Part shown: positions 18,562-28,371 of the stretch, piece by piece
Layout of the letters: every line of letters starts with the position of its first letter
Position numbering within the stretch: the first letter of the stretch is position 1
NCBI GenBank assembly: GCA_965250005.1
Contig: OZ252279.1
Span: 690,001-722,000, forward strand
DNA from: Demequinaceae bacterium
GTDB lineage: Bacteria; Actinomycetota; Actinomycetes; Actinomycetales; Demequinaceae
DNA length: 32,000 nucleotides
Direction of reading: 5' to 3'
Notes under the pieces: model-generated
Seen by the model: the letters and a program-made list of their open reading frames with translations, nothing else
Told to the model about the DNA's origin: nothing
Databases searched by the model: none
Translations under genes and position numbers: made by a program

Positions 18562-20379
18562 ATGCGCGCGCTCGGTGTCTCACCAGCCTGGATCGCGCAC
18601 GGCTCCGTCATCGCGCTGGCGGCGGCGTTGGTCGCCGCCGGCCTATTCGGATTGCAGTCGACAACCGCCGCCGCCACCCAACAAGAGATCGTCGATAGTG
18701 ACCTGTCGTCAGCCAAGCCCGACGACAAGAGTGGCAACAGCGGGGGTGGCGGCAAGGCCGAGGAGCCCCTCCCTGAGACGTGGACGTTCCGCGTGTTTAA
18801 CGCGAACGGCACTGACATCACCAGCAGCCCCATCCGGCCCGGGGAGACCGTGACAATTGTTGCCTCGGGCCTGCCTGCGGATCGTCGCGTCAACGTGGGC
18901 CTCTCGGTCAACCAACAGACGTTCGACGGCGGATTCATCGGAAGCGACGGTGTGTTGCGGCTATCCATCACCATCCCCGCAGGCGCCGTGGCAGGTCAGG
19001 ATTCGATCGTCGCGCGCATCACCGGCCAAGGGGGAGAGTCTTCGACGGCTACCGTTGGCATCACGATCGGTTCAGGATCGGGTTCTGAGTCCGAGTCCTC
19101 GGATGTGACGACGGAGGACGACACCTCCGCCGAGAATTCGCCGTCGGCGAGTGGAGCGACCGCCGGCATCTCCGACATCGGCGAAATCGACTCGCACAGC
19201 ACCAACACCGAGGCTGAATACGGTCACGGACTCCACGACGCAACCAAGTTTGGCGAAGGCTTGCATACGGCTGACGAACTCCACCTCGACGCCGAACACG
19301 TGGCCATCACCAGCGGGCTTGCGATCGTCATCCTGCTCATGATCGTGGTCCCCGGGCGGCTCCTAGAGGGAACGCTCACGCACAACTACGGCCGCATCCG
19401 GGCGTGGATAACGGATCTACGCGGTTGGATTCGGCGACACCGGCCACGCCTATCCGCCCGACTGACCGCGATCTCACTCGGCTCGAATCGCGGGCGCGCA
19501 TCGTTCAAGCTCGCGCGCGGACGGCTCACCGGCAAGTTCCCGTGGCTGACGAGCAGCTGGGCAGTCGTGCTCGGATCACTCGCGGCTACGGCATTTATCC
19601 TGGGCTTTTCTGACCCAGGTTTCGGCACCAATCCGTCGTCGTTCCGACTGTTCCTGGCCATCGGGCTATCGCTGGTGTTCATCAACCTTGCGGGCAACAT
19701 CGCGGTTCGGGTAGTTGCGAGTTACCGTTACAAGACCCCGGGTGTCTTTACCGCCATGCCCGCCGTCTTGATCATCACCGTTCTGGCGGTGGCCGTATCG
19801 CGCATCCTCCACATCCAACCGGGTCTGCTCCTCGGACTGGTGATCGGCGTATCGTTGGCGCGCGAACTCAGGCACACCGAGCACGCGCGGCTCGCGCTCT
19901 GGCACGCGGGCACTCTCTTCACCGCGGGCGTAGGCGCGTGGATCGCATACTCATTCGTCGCGGGCGGGCACGGCGACGAGGCTGGATTCTGGACGCACCT
20001 GGCGCAAGAGGTACTCGCCGCGACGGCGGTCGAGGCGCTCGTGGGATTCCTCGTCATCATGCTTCCGCTGGAATTCATGGAGGGGTTTGCCGTGTTCGCG
20101 TGGTCGCGCAAGATTTGGATCGCAGCCTACGCCGTCGGGCTCGTCACGTTCCTGACGCTCATAGCCCCCATGGCCGACGAGTTCCAGCACTGGACCGGAA
20201 ACGCGTACGTTCTGCTGACCGGAGTAGTCGTGTTCACGGCGTTCGCGCTAGGGGTCTGGTACTTCTTCCATCGAATTGAGCAGCGGGAACGCGCCGAGGC
20301 GATGGCCGCGGCTGCCGCAAGAAAGAAGCGCAAGGCGCCCCCCGCCAAGAAGAAGGCGACAGCCGCGGCCAGGAAGTAG
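18562..20379 (+). CDS. Exported/multi-TM hypothetical protein with N-terminal extracytoplasmic domain and Lys/Ala-rich C-terminus
   Basis: 605 aa ORF. N-terminal signal-like helix, Gly/Ser linkers, an Ig-like stretch (PIRPGETVTIVASGLPADRRVNVGLSVNQQTFDGGFIGSDGVLRLSITIP), then about 6 or more TM helices; ends RKAPPAKKKATAAARK. Confidence 0.75.
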   Translation: MRALGVSPAWIAHGSVIALAAALVAAGLFGLQSTTAAATQQEIVDSDLSSAKPDDKSGNSGGGGKAEEPLPETWTFRVFNANGTDITSSPIRPGETVTIVASGLPADRRVNVGLSVNQQTFDGGFIGSDGVLRLSITIPAGAVAGQDSIVARITGQGGESSTATVGITIGSGSGSESESSDVTTEDDTSAENSPSASGATAGISDIGEIDSHSTNTEAEYGHGLHDATKFGEGLHTADELHLDAEHVAITSGLAIVILLMIVVPGRLLEGTLTHNYGRIRAWITDLRGWIRRHRPRLSARLTAISLGSNRGRASFKLARGRLTGKFPWLTSSWAVVLGSLAATAFILGFSDPGFGTNPSSFRLFLAIGLSLVFINLAGNIAVRVVASYRYKTPGVFTAMPAVLIITVLAVAVSRILHIQPGLLLGLVIGVSLARELRHTEHARLALWHAGTLFTAGVGAWIAYSFVAGGHGDEAGFWTHLAQEVLAATAVEALVGFLVIMLPLEFMEGFAVFAWSRKIWIAAYAVGLVTFLTLIAPMADEFQHWTGNAYVLLTGVVVFTAFALGVWYFFHRIEQRERAEAMAAAAARKKRKAPPAKKKATAAARK

Positions 20380-20383
20380 CGCG

Positions 20384-21478
20384 CTAGGCGATCGCGAAGC
20401 GCGACAGGAAGTCCCAGAGGACTTCGACGTTCCAGTCCTTCGGCGCACTGCCCCCCGACGCGCCGCCTAGCGTGCGCGTGTTGCCGCCGGGGAAGAGGTG
20501 GCCGCCGTTGTTGATGGTCAGCATCCGCACCTCCGCGCCATCCGCGCACCCGGTATAGGTCGCGATGTCGGTCGTTGTGCCGTCGGCCCGGGAGTTGCGA
20601 ATGTTCGAACGCGCCGGCTCGGCGTCGCACTCGTTCGACGCGAGCCAAACACCGAGGCTCTCGGGGGCGCCGATCTTAGGTAGCGCAGACTCGTCTGCGC
20701 ACGCCTGCGTCGACGACTCGTATGTCCAGCAGCCGTCGCCCGTGCCGTGGGCGTAAATCACGGGAACGGCGCGCGACGGGGCGCACTGAGCTTCCGTGGA
20801 GAACGCATTGCCGCCAGAGACCGGCGCGATCGCGGTGATCCTGTCAGCCATCTCGCACCCGACGCGGTGCGACAGCGCTCCCCCGTTGGAGAAGCCCATG
20901 AAGTAGACCCGCGACGTGTCAACCCGGAACTCGGCCTCAAGTTGGTCGAGCACGGCGTTCAGGTAGGCAACGTCGTCGATGCCCCGGTAGCACGCCAGCC
21001 CCGACGAGCATGCGTATTCGCCGCCTCCGCCCGCGTTCCAGGTGCGCAGCTTGGGAAGAAGGCGCGCGCTCGTCCCGTTCGGGTAGACCGTGATGAAGCC
21101 CGCGCGGTCGCCGAGGTTGTGGAGACACACCGGGTCCTCCAAGTCGCCGATGGGGCACGTGGTTTCCTGGGTCTGCACGCTGTTTCCGCCTCCGCCGTGC
21201 AAAAAGATGACTACGGGCATCGGCTGCGCGGAAGGGTCGTAGGACACAGGCACGTAGACGTCGAACGGGCGATCATCGTATCCGGGGACATCGCAGCCGT
21301 CGGCGTGGCCTCCAGCATCGATGCAGGGGTAGGCAGTGGGTTCCCAGCCGCCCGGTGACGCGGCAGGCGCGGGTTCATGTGGAGTTTCACGGTCTCGGTC
21401 TCGCAACGAGCCGCAGGCAGCGAGCGTGACCACGCCAAGCGCTGCCACTGCTACGAATCTCACGACAGACCTACGCAT
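20384..21478 (-). CDS. PHB depolymerase / feruloyl-esterase-like alpha/beta hydrolase lipoprotein
   Basis: Lipobox LAAC; PMPVVIFLHGGGGNS; lipase box YFMGFSNGGALSHRVGCEMADRITAIAPVSG; GTGDGCW; GGHLFPGG. Confidence 0.85.
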   Translation of the reverse strand: MRRSVVRFVAVAALGVVTLAACGSLRDRDRETPHEPAPAASPGGWEPTAYPCIDAGGHADGCDVPGYDDRPFDVYVPVSYDPSAQPMPVVIFLHGGGGNSVQTQETTCPIGDLEDPVCLHNLGDRAGFITVYPNGTSARLLPKLRTWNAGGGGEYACSSGLACYRGIDDVAYLNAVLDQLEAEFRVDTSRVYFMGFSNGGALSHRVGCEMADRITAIAPVSGGNAFSTEAQCAPSRAVPVIYAHGTGDGCWTYESSTQACADESALPKIGAPESLGVWLASNECDAEPARSNIRNSRADGTTTDIATYTGCADGAEVRMLTINNGGHLFPGGNTRTLGGASGGSAPKDWNVEVLWDFLSRFAIA

Positions 21479-21517
21479 GGTCCTACCGTAGACACATTCG
21501 CTGGGCGTCGGCGGAAA

Positions 21518-22018
21518 TCAACTGACGCGGTGCAGCCACCGCACGGGGGCTCCGTGGCCGGCGTACCGGAATGGCTCGAGCTCCTGGTCCCACGCGGTGC
21601 CAAGAGCGAGGTCCATGGCCCGCTTGAGGTCCGCGGCGTTGCCGCCGGTCTCGATCGCCGTGCGTATGCGGTCCTCCGGGACAACGATGTTGCCGTGAAC
21701 GTCCGTGACGGCGTGGAAGATGCCCAGCCCTGGCGTGTGGCTCCAGCGGCCTCCGTCGTTGCCGTACGACGGCTCTTCCGTGACCTCGTAGCGGACGTGC
21801 TCCCAGCCGCGTAGGGCGGACGCCAGGCGAGCGCCCGTCCCCTGGATGCCTTGCCATGACATTTCGGCGCGCAGAAGGCCAGGGCCGGCGGGCTGCTCGG
21901 TCCAGTCGAGGGTGGCGCGTGAGGTCAGCACGCTGCCTGCCGCCCACTCGATGTGGGGGCACATTGCACGCGTGGCAGAGTGCACGAACAACACGCCGCG
22001 GGTAATGGCAGCCATCAC
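21518..22018 (-). CDS. DUF3145 family protein
   Basis: RGVLFVHSATRAMCPHIEWAAGSVL...DWTEQPAGPGLLRAEMSWQG...GSARLASALRGWEHVRYEVTEE-like pattern typical of actinobacterial DUF3145. Confidence 0.8.
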   Translation of the reverse strand: MMAAITRGVLFVHSATRAMCPHIEWAAGSVLTSRATLDWTEQPAGPGLLRAEMSWQGIQGTGARLASALRGWEHVRYEVTEEPSYGNDGGRWSHTPGLGIFHAVTDVHGNIVVPEDRIRTAIETGGNAADLKRAMDLALGTAWDQELEPFRYAGHGAPVRWLHRVS

Positions 22019-22146
22019 CGTTCCTTCCTTCTAGGTGCGTCTTCCCCAACGACCTATCAGGAACTGCGTGATCTGCTACGTGCGTATGCGATTATCGTGC
22101 GACTCCATCGTGCCTTACCTCGGCGAATATTGCCAGCGCCGAGCGG

Positions 22147-22713
22147 TTACGTCGCGGGCGTGTCGGCGTGCACGTCGACGATTTCGGCTGCGTCTTCGTC
22201 GACATCGAGGACGGCCCAGTCGCGTTCAATCGCGGCGCGCATTTCTCGCATCGCCTGTCTCTTCACGTCGTTCTCGAGGCGATCGAGGAACAGCTTGCCG
22301 TCCAGGTGGTCCACCTCGTGCTGAATGAGGCGGGCCCAAATCTCACGGCCCTCGACCACGACTTCCGCGCCGTCAAGATCCGTGCCGACGGCGCGCGCGT
22401 GAACCGGGCGCTCGCACGGGTACCAGAGCCCTGGAACGCTCAGGCATCCCTCGTCGCTCAGTTCCTGGTTTTCAGAGGACATCTCCACGATCTCGGGGTT
22501 CAGGATGTAGCCGACCTCCCCTTCGATATTCCAGGAGAACGCGCGCAGGTTCACACCGATTTGGTTGGCCGCGAGCCCGGCGCGGCCGTCGCGATTGACA
22601 GTTTCCAGGAGGTCAGCGACCAGCGTACGCACGCCGTCATTGATCTGGGTGATCGGATCGCACGCAGTGCGTAGCACCGGGTCGCCCGTCACGCGGATGT
22701 CTCGCATAGCCAT
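22147..22713 (-). CDS. def: Peptide deformylase
   Basis: [36 protein letters not shown] (the three PDF motifs). Start at 22713 or 22707. Confidence 0.95.
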   Translation of the reverse strand: MAMRDIRVTGDPVLRTACDPITQINDGVRTLVADLLETVNRDGRAGLAANQIGVNLRAFSWNIEGEVGYILNPEIVEMSSENQELSDEGCLSVPGLWYPCERPVHARAVGTDLDGAEVVVEGREIWARLIQHEVDHLDGKLFLDRLENDVKRQAMREMRAAIERDWAVLDVDEDAAEIVDVHADTPAT

Positions 22714-22846
22714 GGCCAGTATTCTCCCACGCAGTGCGCGGGCCGCGCGAATCGCGTCGCAGCGGCACACGGTTGTGGAGCCCGAACGGCGGGCTCCTCG
22801 CGGCATGGCTCTGCCGTACCCGCCCGCGTTGTGACACGCTGGAGCC

Positions 22847-23707
22847 ATGACTGTCAGCCCCAAAATCAAGCCCGTAGACCACGCGGAGGTGGCGGCTCTG
22901 TGGCCAGTCGCCCAGCCCGCCGACCACAAGTACTCGCGAGGCGTGGTTGGCGTGATCGCCGGCTCAGACGCGTATCCGGGCGCCGCGGTGTTGGCGTGCT
23001 CGGGGGCTGTGCGCGCAGGGGCCGGGCTGGTCCGTCACGTAGGGCCGGACCGGGTCCAAGACTTAGTGCTTGGCGCGCGCCCCGAGGTGGTGCCGCACTC
23101 CCCTGGTGATGCTCTGCCCCGCGCCGACGCATGGGTGGTGGGCCCAGGGATCGGAGAGGACCCCCTCCAGGAGCGAGCCGCAGAGCTCGCGCGGCTCACG
23201 GACTCCCCGCGCGTCGTCGATGCCGCCCAAGTGATTCTGTTCGCGCTAGACCGTGCTGGGGCTGCGAAGGCCCCGGATCCCACGAACGTACTTTTCACCC
23301 CGCACGCCGGCGAACTAGCCGAAGCCCTCAACGCGCTCGGAGTCAAGATCGATCGCGCCGGTGTCGAGGCCGCGCGGCACAAATCTGCGACACGCCTGGC
23401 CGACCTCGCTCACGCAACAGTGCTGCTCAAGGGGCACCGGACGCTCGTGGTTTCGCCGGGCGGCCGAGCCTCGGAACTCCCGGCTGCGCCCGCCTGGCTA
23501 GCCACCGCCGGAACCGGCGACGTCCTGGCTGGAATTGCCGGAGCGCTGCTTGCCGCCGGCCTCGACGCGCGCGAGGCGGGCATTTCTGCTGCGCTCGTTC
23601 ATGGCCTGGCCGCTGAGCACGCGTCTGCTGGCGCGCCAATTGCTGCGCTAGATGTGGCTTCCGCCATTCCCTCAACCATCGGTCGGCTACTAGTGTCTCT
23701 GGCATGA
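22847..23707 (+). CDS. nnrD: ADP/ATP-dependent NAD(P)H-hydrate dehydratase
   Basis: [80 protein letters not shown]. Confidence 0.92.
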   Translation: MTVSPKIKPVDHAEVAALWPVAQPADHKYSRGVVGVIAGSDAYPGAAVLACSGAVRAGAGLVRHVGPDRVQDLVLGARPEVVPHSPGDALPRADAWVVGPGIGEDPLQERAAELARLTDSPRVVDAAQVILFALDRAGAAKAPDPTNVLFTPHAGELAEALNALGVKIDRAGVEAARHKSATRLADLAHATVLLKGHRTLVVSPGGRASELPAAPAWLATAGTGDVLAGIAGALLAAGLDAREAGISAALVHGLAAEHASAGAPIAALDVASAIPSTIGRLLVSLA

Positions 23708-24282
23708 CCTTGATCACGGAGCGCCTGCAGCTCCGGAAATTCGCCATCGCAGATGCCAGTGCGGTACACAGTTACGCCTCAGACCCTGAGGTGTGCGCGT
23801 TCATGAGTTGGGGTCCCAACACGTGGGACGAAACCCTCGACTTCCTGTCGCTCGCAACGTCCCACTCGGCCACGCGCCACGAGTTTGCGGTCATTGACCG
23901 CGCCACAGGAGACGTCATTGGCGCGGTGGGCGGCGGCCCCGTGGGTGAGGGCCGGTGGGATATGGGGTGGGTATTCAGCAAGGACGCATGGGGTCACGGC
24001 TACGCGACGGAGGCGGCGCGAGCCCTGGTGGGGTTCATCGCTACCCAGCCCGGTGTGGCGACAATCGAGGCACGCTGCGTGCCTGAGAACCGCGCGTCGG
24101 CGCGAGTCATGGAGAAGCTCGGGATGCACTATGTCAAGCGCATCGAGAACGACTTCGCGACGCGCGGGAACATGACCGACTCGCTGCTGTATTCGATCCC
24201 CACGCGCCGCATCGCTCGGCGCGACGTCGCGGCCGTCGCGGGCGCCGCGGGCGCCGCGGGCGCCGCGGGCGCAACAGGCTAA
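23704..24282 (+). CDS. GNAT family N-acetyltransferase (RimJ/RimL-like)
   Basis: ITERLQLRKF..., GWVFSKDAWGHGYATEAARALVGFI, ENRASARVMEKLGM; low-complexity AGAAGAAGAAG tail. Confidence 0.88.
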   Translation: MTLITERLQLRKFAIADASAVHSYASDPEVCAFMSWGPNTWDETLDFLSLATSHSATRHEFAVIDRATGDVIGAVGGGPVGEGRWDMGWVFSKDAWGHGYATEAARALVGFIATQPGVATIEARCVPENRASARVMEKLGMHYVKRIENDFATRGNMTDSLLYSIPTRRIARRDVAAVAGAAGAAGAAGATG

Positions 24283-24297
24283 CTCAAGCTCCCAGCA

Positions 24298-24317
24298 GCA
24301 CCGCACGTAGGCGGTGC
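24298..24317. terminator. Hairpin between convergent GNAT and DUF1905 genes
   Basis: GCACCGC-ACGTAG-GCGGTGC perfect 7-bp stem; no T tract. Confidence 0.45.
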
Positions 24318-24325
24318 AACGTCTG

Positions 24326-24628
24326 TCACTGGTCGCGCACCTCGAGCTCAAAGTCGATCAACCGCCCGAGTCCGAGTTCCTCAGCCTTGCGGACTTGCGC
24401 CTTCACCGGCAGCACGAACGACTCCGCCTCCTTGCTGGGAAAGACGGACGTGTCCCACGTGGTGTCACCCACCGTTACCCGTACGCGAATCGATCCGAAC
24501 CCGCGCTTGGGGCCGACGTAGCGAAAGTCGATCTCATCCGACGCCTCATGCGGGAGCGTCACGAAGTACCACGAAGCGTCCGACTTCCACAGATACATCT
24601 CTGCGCTGAACTTCAGAGACTGGGACAA
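24326..24628 (-). CDS. DUF1905 domain-containing protein
   Basis: LKFSAEMYLWKSDASWYFVTLPHEASDEIDFR...KRGFGSIRVRVTVGDTTWDTSVFPSKEAESFVLPVKAQVRKAEELGLGR. TTG start overlaps the amt stop. Confidence 0.8.
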   Translation of the reverse strand: MSQSLKFSAEMYLWKSDASWYFVTLPHEASDEIDFRYVGPKRGFGSIRVRVTVGDTTWDTSVFPSKEAESFVLPVKAQVRKAEELGLGRLIDFELEVRDQ

Positions 24629-24632
24629 GTCG

Positions 24633-25868
24633 CTAGTTGGTGATCTCGTACGCGCCCTCGCCGTGCTGACTGTAATCGAGTCCGTCGAATTCTTCCTTCT
24701 CCGTAACGCGCAGCCCGACGGTCTTCTTGACCAGCATGGCCAGCAGCCAACTCGCACCAAACGCGAATGCACTCGCGGCGACGATGGCGATGGCGTGCTT
24801 GCCCAGCAGCTCGGCGCCTCCGCCATTGAAGATTGCGATGCCAGCGCCGCCGTCGGCGAGCAGGTCGCGCGCGAAGAATCCGAGGAAGAGCATCCCGACC
24901 ACGCCGCCAATGTAGTGAACGGCGAGGACGTCGAGCGAGTCGTCGATCTTCACACGGAACTTAAGCTTGACCGCCCACAGGCAGACTGCGCCGGCGATGA
25001 GGCCGAGCAGCAGCGCTGGCAGCGGGTCGAGGAATCCTGCCGAGGGCGTAATCGCCACGAGTCCAGCCACAACGCCCGATGCGCCACCAAGGGCGGTGGG
25101 TTTGCCCACGAGCTTCTTTTCGAGCGCAAGCCAGCCGATCATGCCGCCAACGCCAGACATGTGCGTGGCAAGCGCGGCTGCGCCAGCGTCGGCGCCGGAG
25201 GTAAGCGCGGAACCGGCGTTGAAGCCGATCCATCCGACCCACAGCAGGCCAGCACCTAGGAGAGTCAGCGGGAGGTTATGGGGAAGCATCGGCTTGCCCG
25301 GCCAGCCCTTGCGGCGTCCCACGACAATCGCGAGCGCGAGCGCAGAGGCTCCCGAACAGATCTCTACCACCGTTCCACCGGCGAAGTCCTTCACTCCAAG
25401 GGCGGCCATCCAGCCGTCGCTTGACCAAGCCCAGTGCGCGATGAGCGGATACACGGCGATGGACCAGAGCGCAATGAAGCCCATGAGCGGCAGGAAGCGG
25501 GTGCGATCCGCGGCGGCGCCAGTGATGAGCGCCCCGGTGATGACTGCGAACATCATTTGGAACATGACGAACACGTCCGGCGGGAAGGTGAAGTCCACGG
25601 CGCCCGGTTCGCGGATTCCGTCGAGCCCGATGAAGTCGAGGCCTCCGACCAGGCCTGCCCCGGCGTCGGCGCCCCAAAACAGCGAGAAGCCCACGAGCAC
25701 CCAGGTCACGGAGACGACCGCCAGCGCGCCAAAGTTGTACATGAGCATGCCGAGCGCGTTCTTGGCGCGCACCATGCCGGCGTAGAAGATCGCGAGGCCG
25801 GGGAGCATGAGGAGCACGAGGACGGTGCTGGTGATGAGCCACGCGGTGTCGCCGGTGTCGAATTCCAC
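24633..25868 (-). CDS. amt: Ammonium transporter
   Basis: 411 aa multi-TM with GLALFYAGMVR-like AIFYAGMVRAKNALGMLMYNFGALAVVSVTWVLVGFSLFWG, WVLVG, DFAGGTVVEICSGASALALA, WVGWIGFNAGSALTSG, HYIGGVVGMLFLG. Confidence 0.95.
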   Translation of the reverse strand: MEFDTGDTAWLITSTVLVLLMLPGLAIFYAGMVRAKNALGMLMYNFGALAVVSVTWVLVGFSLFWGADAGAGLVGGLDFIGLDGIREPGAVDFTFPPDVFVMFQMMFAVITGALITGAAADRTRFLPLMGFIALWSIAVYPLIAHWAWSSDGWMAALGVKDFAGGTVVEICSGASALALAIVVGRRKGWPGKPMLPHNLPLTLLGAGLLWVGWIGFNAGSALTSGADAGAAALATHMSGVGGMIGWLALEKKLVGKPTALGGASGVVAGLVAITPSAGFLDPLPALLLGLIAGAVCLWAVKLKFRVKIDDSLDVLAVHYIGGVVGMLFLGFFARDLLADGGAGIAIFNGGGAELLGKHAIAIVAASAFAFGASWLLAMLVKKTVGLRVTEKEEFDGLDYSQHGEGAYEITN

Positions 25869-25972
25869 GGTGATTCTCCTTCGTTGATTCGGCCTACGCG
25901 GCCGCGCTCTGCCAGATCCCTACGGGCGAGTTCCCCCGAGTGTAGCGACCGTACGGACGGTAATCACGCTGG

Positions 25973-26301
25973 CTACTCGGCGGGATCAGGCTCGTGCGCC
26001 ACAGACCCGGCGGCGCCGAGCGCCCACCCAACCGTCGATGTCACCATTCGGCCCGCGAAGCGCACCGCAGTCCGCTCCGACACAGGTCGGTGTGGCAGTC
26101 CGAGTTCAGCCTGCGTCCATTCGGGCATCAATGCGACGCCGGCGGCCGCCAGCGCCCGGTACGGCGGCCTGGCGAACCATGGCAACGGCGGGTGGTCGAG
26201 GAGAAACCGTGCGGTCTCGCGCGCGGCGTCGGTTGCGCGGAGCTCCGGACGGTAGGCCTCGATGGCGTCGTCCAGTTCCCTCCTGGTGGTGGGAAGGCTC
26301 T
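25973..26301 (-). pseudogene. C-terminal remnant of MpaB/DUF2236-family oxygenase, truncated at the IS boundary
   Basis: Continuous minus frame from the IS edge: SLPTTRRELDDAIEAYRPELRATDAARETARFLLDHPPLPWFARPPYRALAAAGVALMPEWTQAELGLPHRPVSERTAVRFAGRMVTSTVGWALGAAGSVAHEPDPAE*. No N-terminal half seen beyond the IS. Confidence 0.65.
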
Positions 26302-26799
26302 CTGAATCGCCCCGGGTTTAGTGGAGGGCGGGTTCTCCCAGGAGCGGTTGCTCGTGGGGTGTGTTCTCACGGTAGTACAGGTGGAGCCGACCCACAGCTC
26401 ATTGGGACATTCGGCACGGAAGTTGCGCTTCACGTGATCCGGTGCTCGGTTTGCTGCCGGATCGGGACGGGTCGTGACGAACTGTTTGCCGCGACGCACC
26501 CCGCGAAGCCCCTGAGCCCGCATGAGACGCTCCACCGTGCAGCGGGCGGTCACGACACCGTCACGCTTGAGTAGGCGCCACACCTTTCGCGCACCCGAGA
26601 TCCCGCGACCCTTCGTGCGGTCCCAGAAGACCCGCTCAATGTGTTCGCGCAACTCTTGATCACGCACCGTCCGCTGCGAGATGGCACGCGTTTTGAACGC
26701 GTAGTAAGTAGACGGGGCGATCTTGACTCCGTGCTCGGTGAGCACCCGGCAGATCGGCTCGACCCCGAAACGAACACGATGCTCGTCGATGAAGTTCAC
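26128..26799 (-). pseudogene. IS3-family orfB (integrase-type transposase) with internal deletion
   Basis: MNFIDEHRVRFGVEPICRVLTEHGVKIAPSTYYAFKTR...AECPNELWV, then jumps to the terminal LHLYYRENTPHEQPLLGEPALH* (26318 region, other frame). The ORF-track reading past 26303 is host sequence. Catalytic DDE core missing. Confidence 0.8.
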
Positions 26800-27127
26800 T
26801 AAAACGGAAGTCGCGGGTCGAGCTCCCGCGCGAAGAAACTTGACGCCGCAAACAAAATATCGTTGGCACGCTTCAACTCACGATTCTCACGCTCGAGATC
26901 TTTGATACGGGCCGCGCCGACCGTGGCGATGCCCCTGACCTCGCCGGCGCCAATGCGCGCCTGTTTCACCCACCCACGCAACCTGTCCGGAATCACCCCC
27001 GTGCGATGACCGATACGGATCACCACCGCAATCAACGACAACGACACCTCCTGGCTCATCGCCTCACTTACGAACCGAATGGCCCGATCTGATTTGGCCT
27101 GGGTTTTGTTCCGACTTTTCAGTAAGG

Positions 27128-27448
27128 ATGGAACCCATGACTAGATACACACCGCAGATGCGTGAGCGGGCGTTGAGAATGCTTGCTGAGGCGAGGCCGG
27201 ATCACCCGAGTTTGATGACTGCGATCCGTCACGTGGCAGGCTTGCTTGGGATGAGCCCGGAGACGCTTCGCGTGTGGCAACGCCGCTACGAGGTCGATGC
27301 CGGGCAACGCCCGGGGGCGACTAGCGACATAGTTGAGGACAACCGGCGTTTGAAGCGCGAGAACGCGGAGTTGCGCAAAGCGAATGAGGTCCTTCGGGCT
27401 GCGAGCGTGTTTTTTGCGAAGGAGCTCGACCAGCCACGGACGAGATGA
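27128..27448 (+). CDS. IS3-family transposase orfA (HTH/leucine zipper)
   Basis: MTRYTPQMRERALRMLAEARPDHPSLMTAIRHVAGLLGMSPETLRVWQRRYEVDAG...RLKRENAELRKANEVLRAASVFFAKELD. Confidence 0.92.
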   Translation: MEPMTRYTPQMRERALRMLAEARPDHPSLMTAIRHVAGLLGMSPETLRVWQRRYEVDAGQRPGATSDIVEDNRRLKRENAELRKANEVLRAASVFFAKELDQPRTR

Positions 27449-28371
27449 CCCGCTTCATTGACGAGCACAAGGGTCGTTTCGGGGTTGAGCTCATCTGCCG
27501 GGTGTTACGCGTGGCGGTTCGTGGATTTGTCACCTCGCGCGGTTATCGCGCCGCTAAGACGCGTCCACCGTCCGTGCGTGCCCTGCGTGATGGTCTGCTT
27601 GTGCCCGAGGTGGTCCGGTTGCATGCAGAGAACTACGGCGTGTACGGGAGGCGGAAAATGCATGCGCTGCTGAAGCGGCAAGGCTGGCAGGTTGGGCGGG
27701 ACCAGACCGAGCGACTCATGCGCCTGGCAGGTGTTCGGGGTGTGAAACGCTCGAAGAAAGTGTTTACGACCAAGAGTGATCCTGCTGCCGCCAAGCCGCA
27801 GGATCTTGTGCAACGCCGGTTCACTGCACCAGCACCGCGCCGTTTGTGGGTCGCGGACATCACCTACGTCGCGACCTGGTCCGGTTTCGCTTACGTCGCG
27901 TTCGTCACCGACGTCTACTCACGCAGGATCGTCGGATGGAACGTCGCATCGACCCTGCAGGCTGACATCCTGCCTTTGCGGGCGCTCGACATGGCCGCCT
28001 GGGACGCGGCAGGCGACCTCGCTGGCCTCGTCCATCATGCCGACCACGGCTCAAACTATTTGGCTACGGTCTACACCGACCGCGTCATCGAGCTCGGTGC
28101 GAAACCTTCCACCGGCTCGGTCGGCGACTCATATGACAATGCCCTCGCCGAGGCCATCAACGGCCTCTACAAAACAGAACTCATCCGCCAGCAAGGGCCC
28201 TGGCGCACCGTCGAACAAGTCGAGTTCGCGACCCTCGAATACGTGTGGTGGTGGAACAACAAACGACTCCACGGCGAACTCGACATGCACACCCCCGTCG
28301 AGATCGAACAGGCGTACTACGCTGGCCAAGAATCAACCCAACCGGCATCCGCCGGACAGGGAAACACCTAG
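27445..28371 (+). CDS. IS3-family transposase orfB (DDE integrase core)
   Basis: RRLWVADITYVATWSG, LVHHADHGSNY, YDNALAEAINGLYKTELI; ATGA overlap with orfA. Confidence 0.94.
   Translation: MTRFIDEHKGRFGVELICRVLRVAVRGFVTSRGYRAAKTRPPSVRALRDGLLVPEVVRLHAENYGVYGRRKMHALLKRQGWQVGRDQTERLMRLAGVRGVKRSKKVFTTKSDPAAAKPQDLVQRRFTAPAPRRLWVADITYVATWSGFAYVAFVTDVYSRRIVGWNVASTLQADILPLRALDMAAWDAAGDLAGLVHHADHGSNYLATVYTDRVIELGAKPSTGSVGDSYDNALAEAINGLYKTELIRQQGPWRTVEQVEFATLEYVWWWNNKRLHGELDMHTPVEIEQAYYAGQESTQPASAGQGNT

Noticed and set aside
26128-26302. C-terminal 60 aa of the 26128..26799 ORF (PPSTKPGAIQRAFPPPGG...)
   Set aside because: This is read-through past the IS terminal repeat into the MpaB-family fragment in a wrong frame, not transposase.
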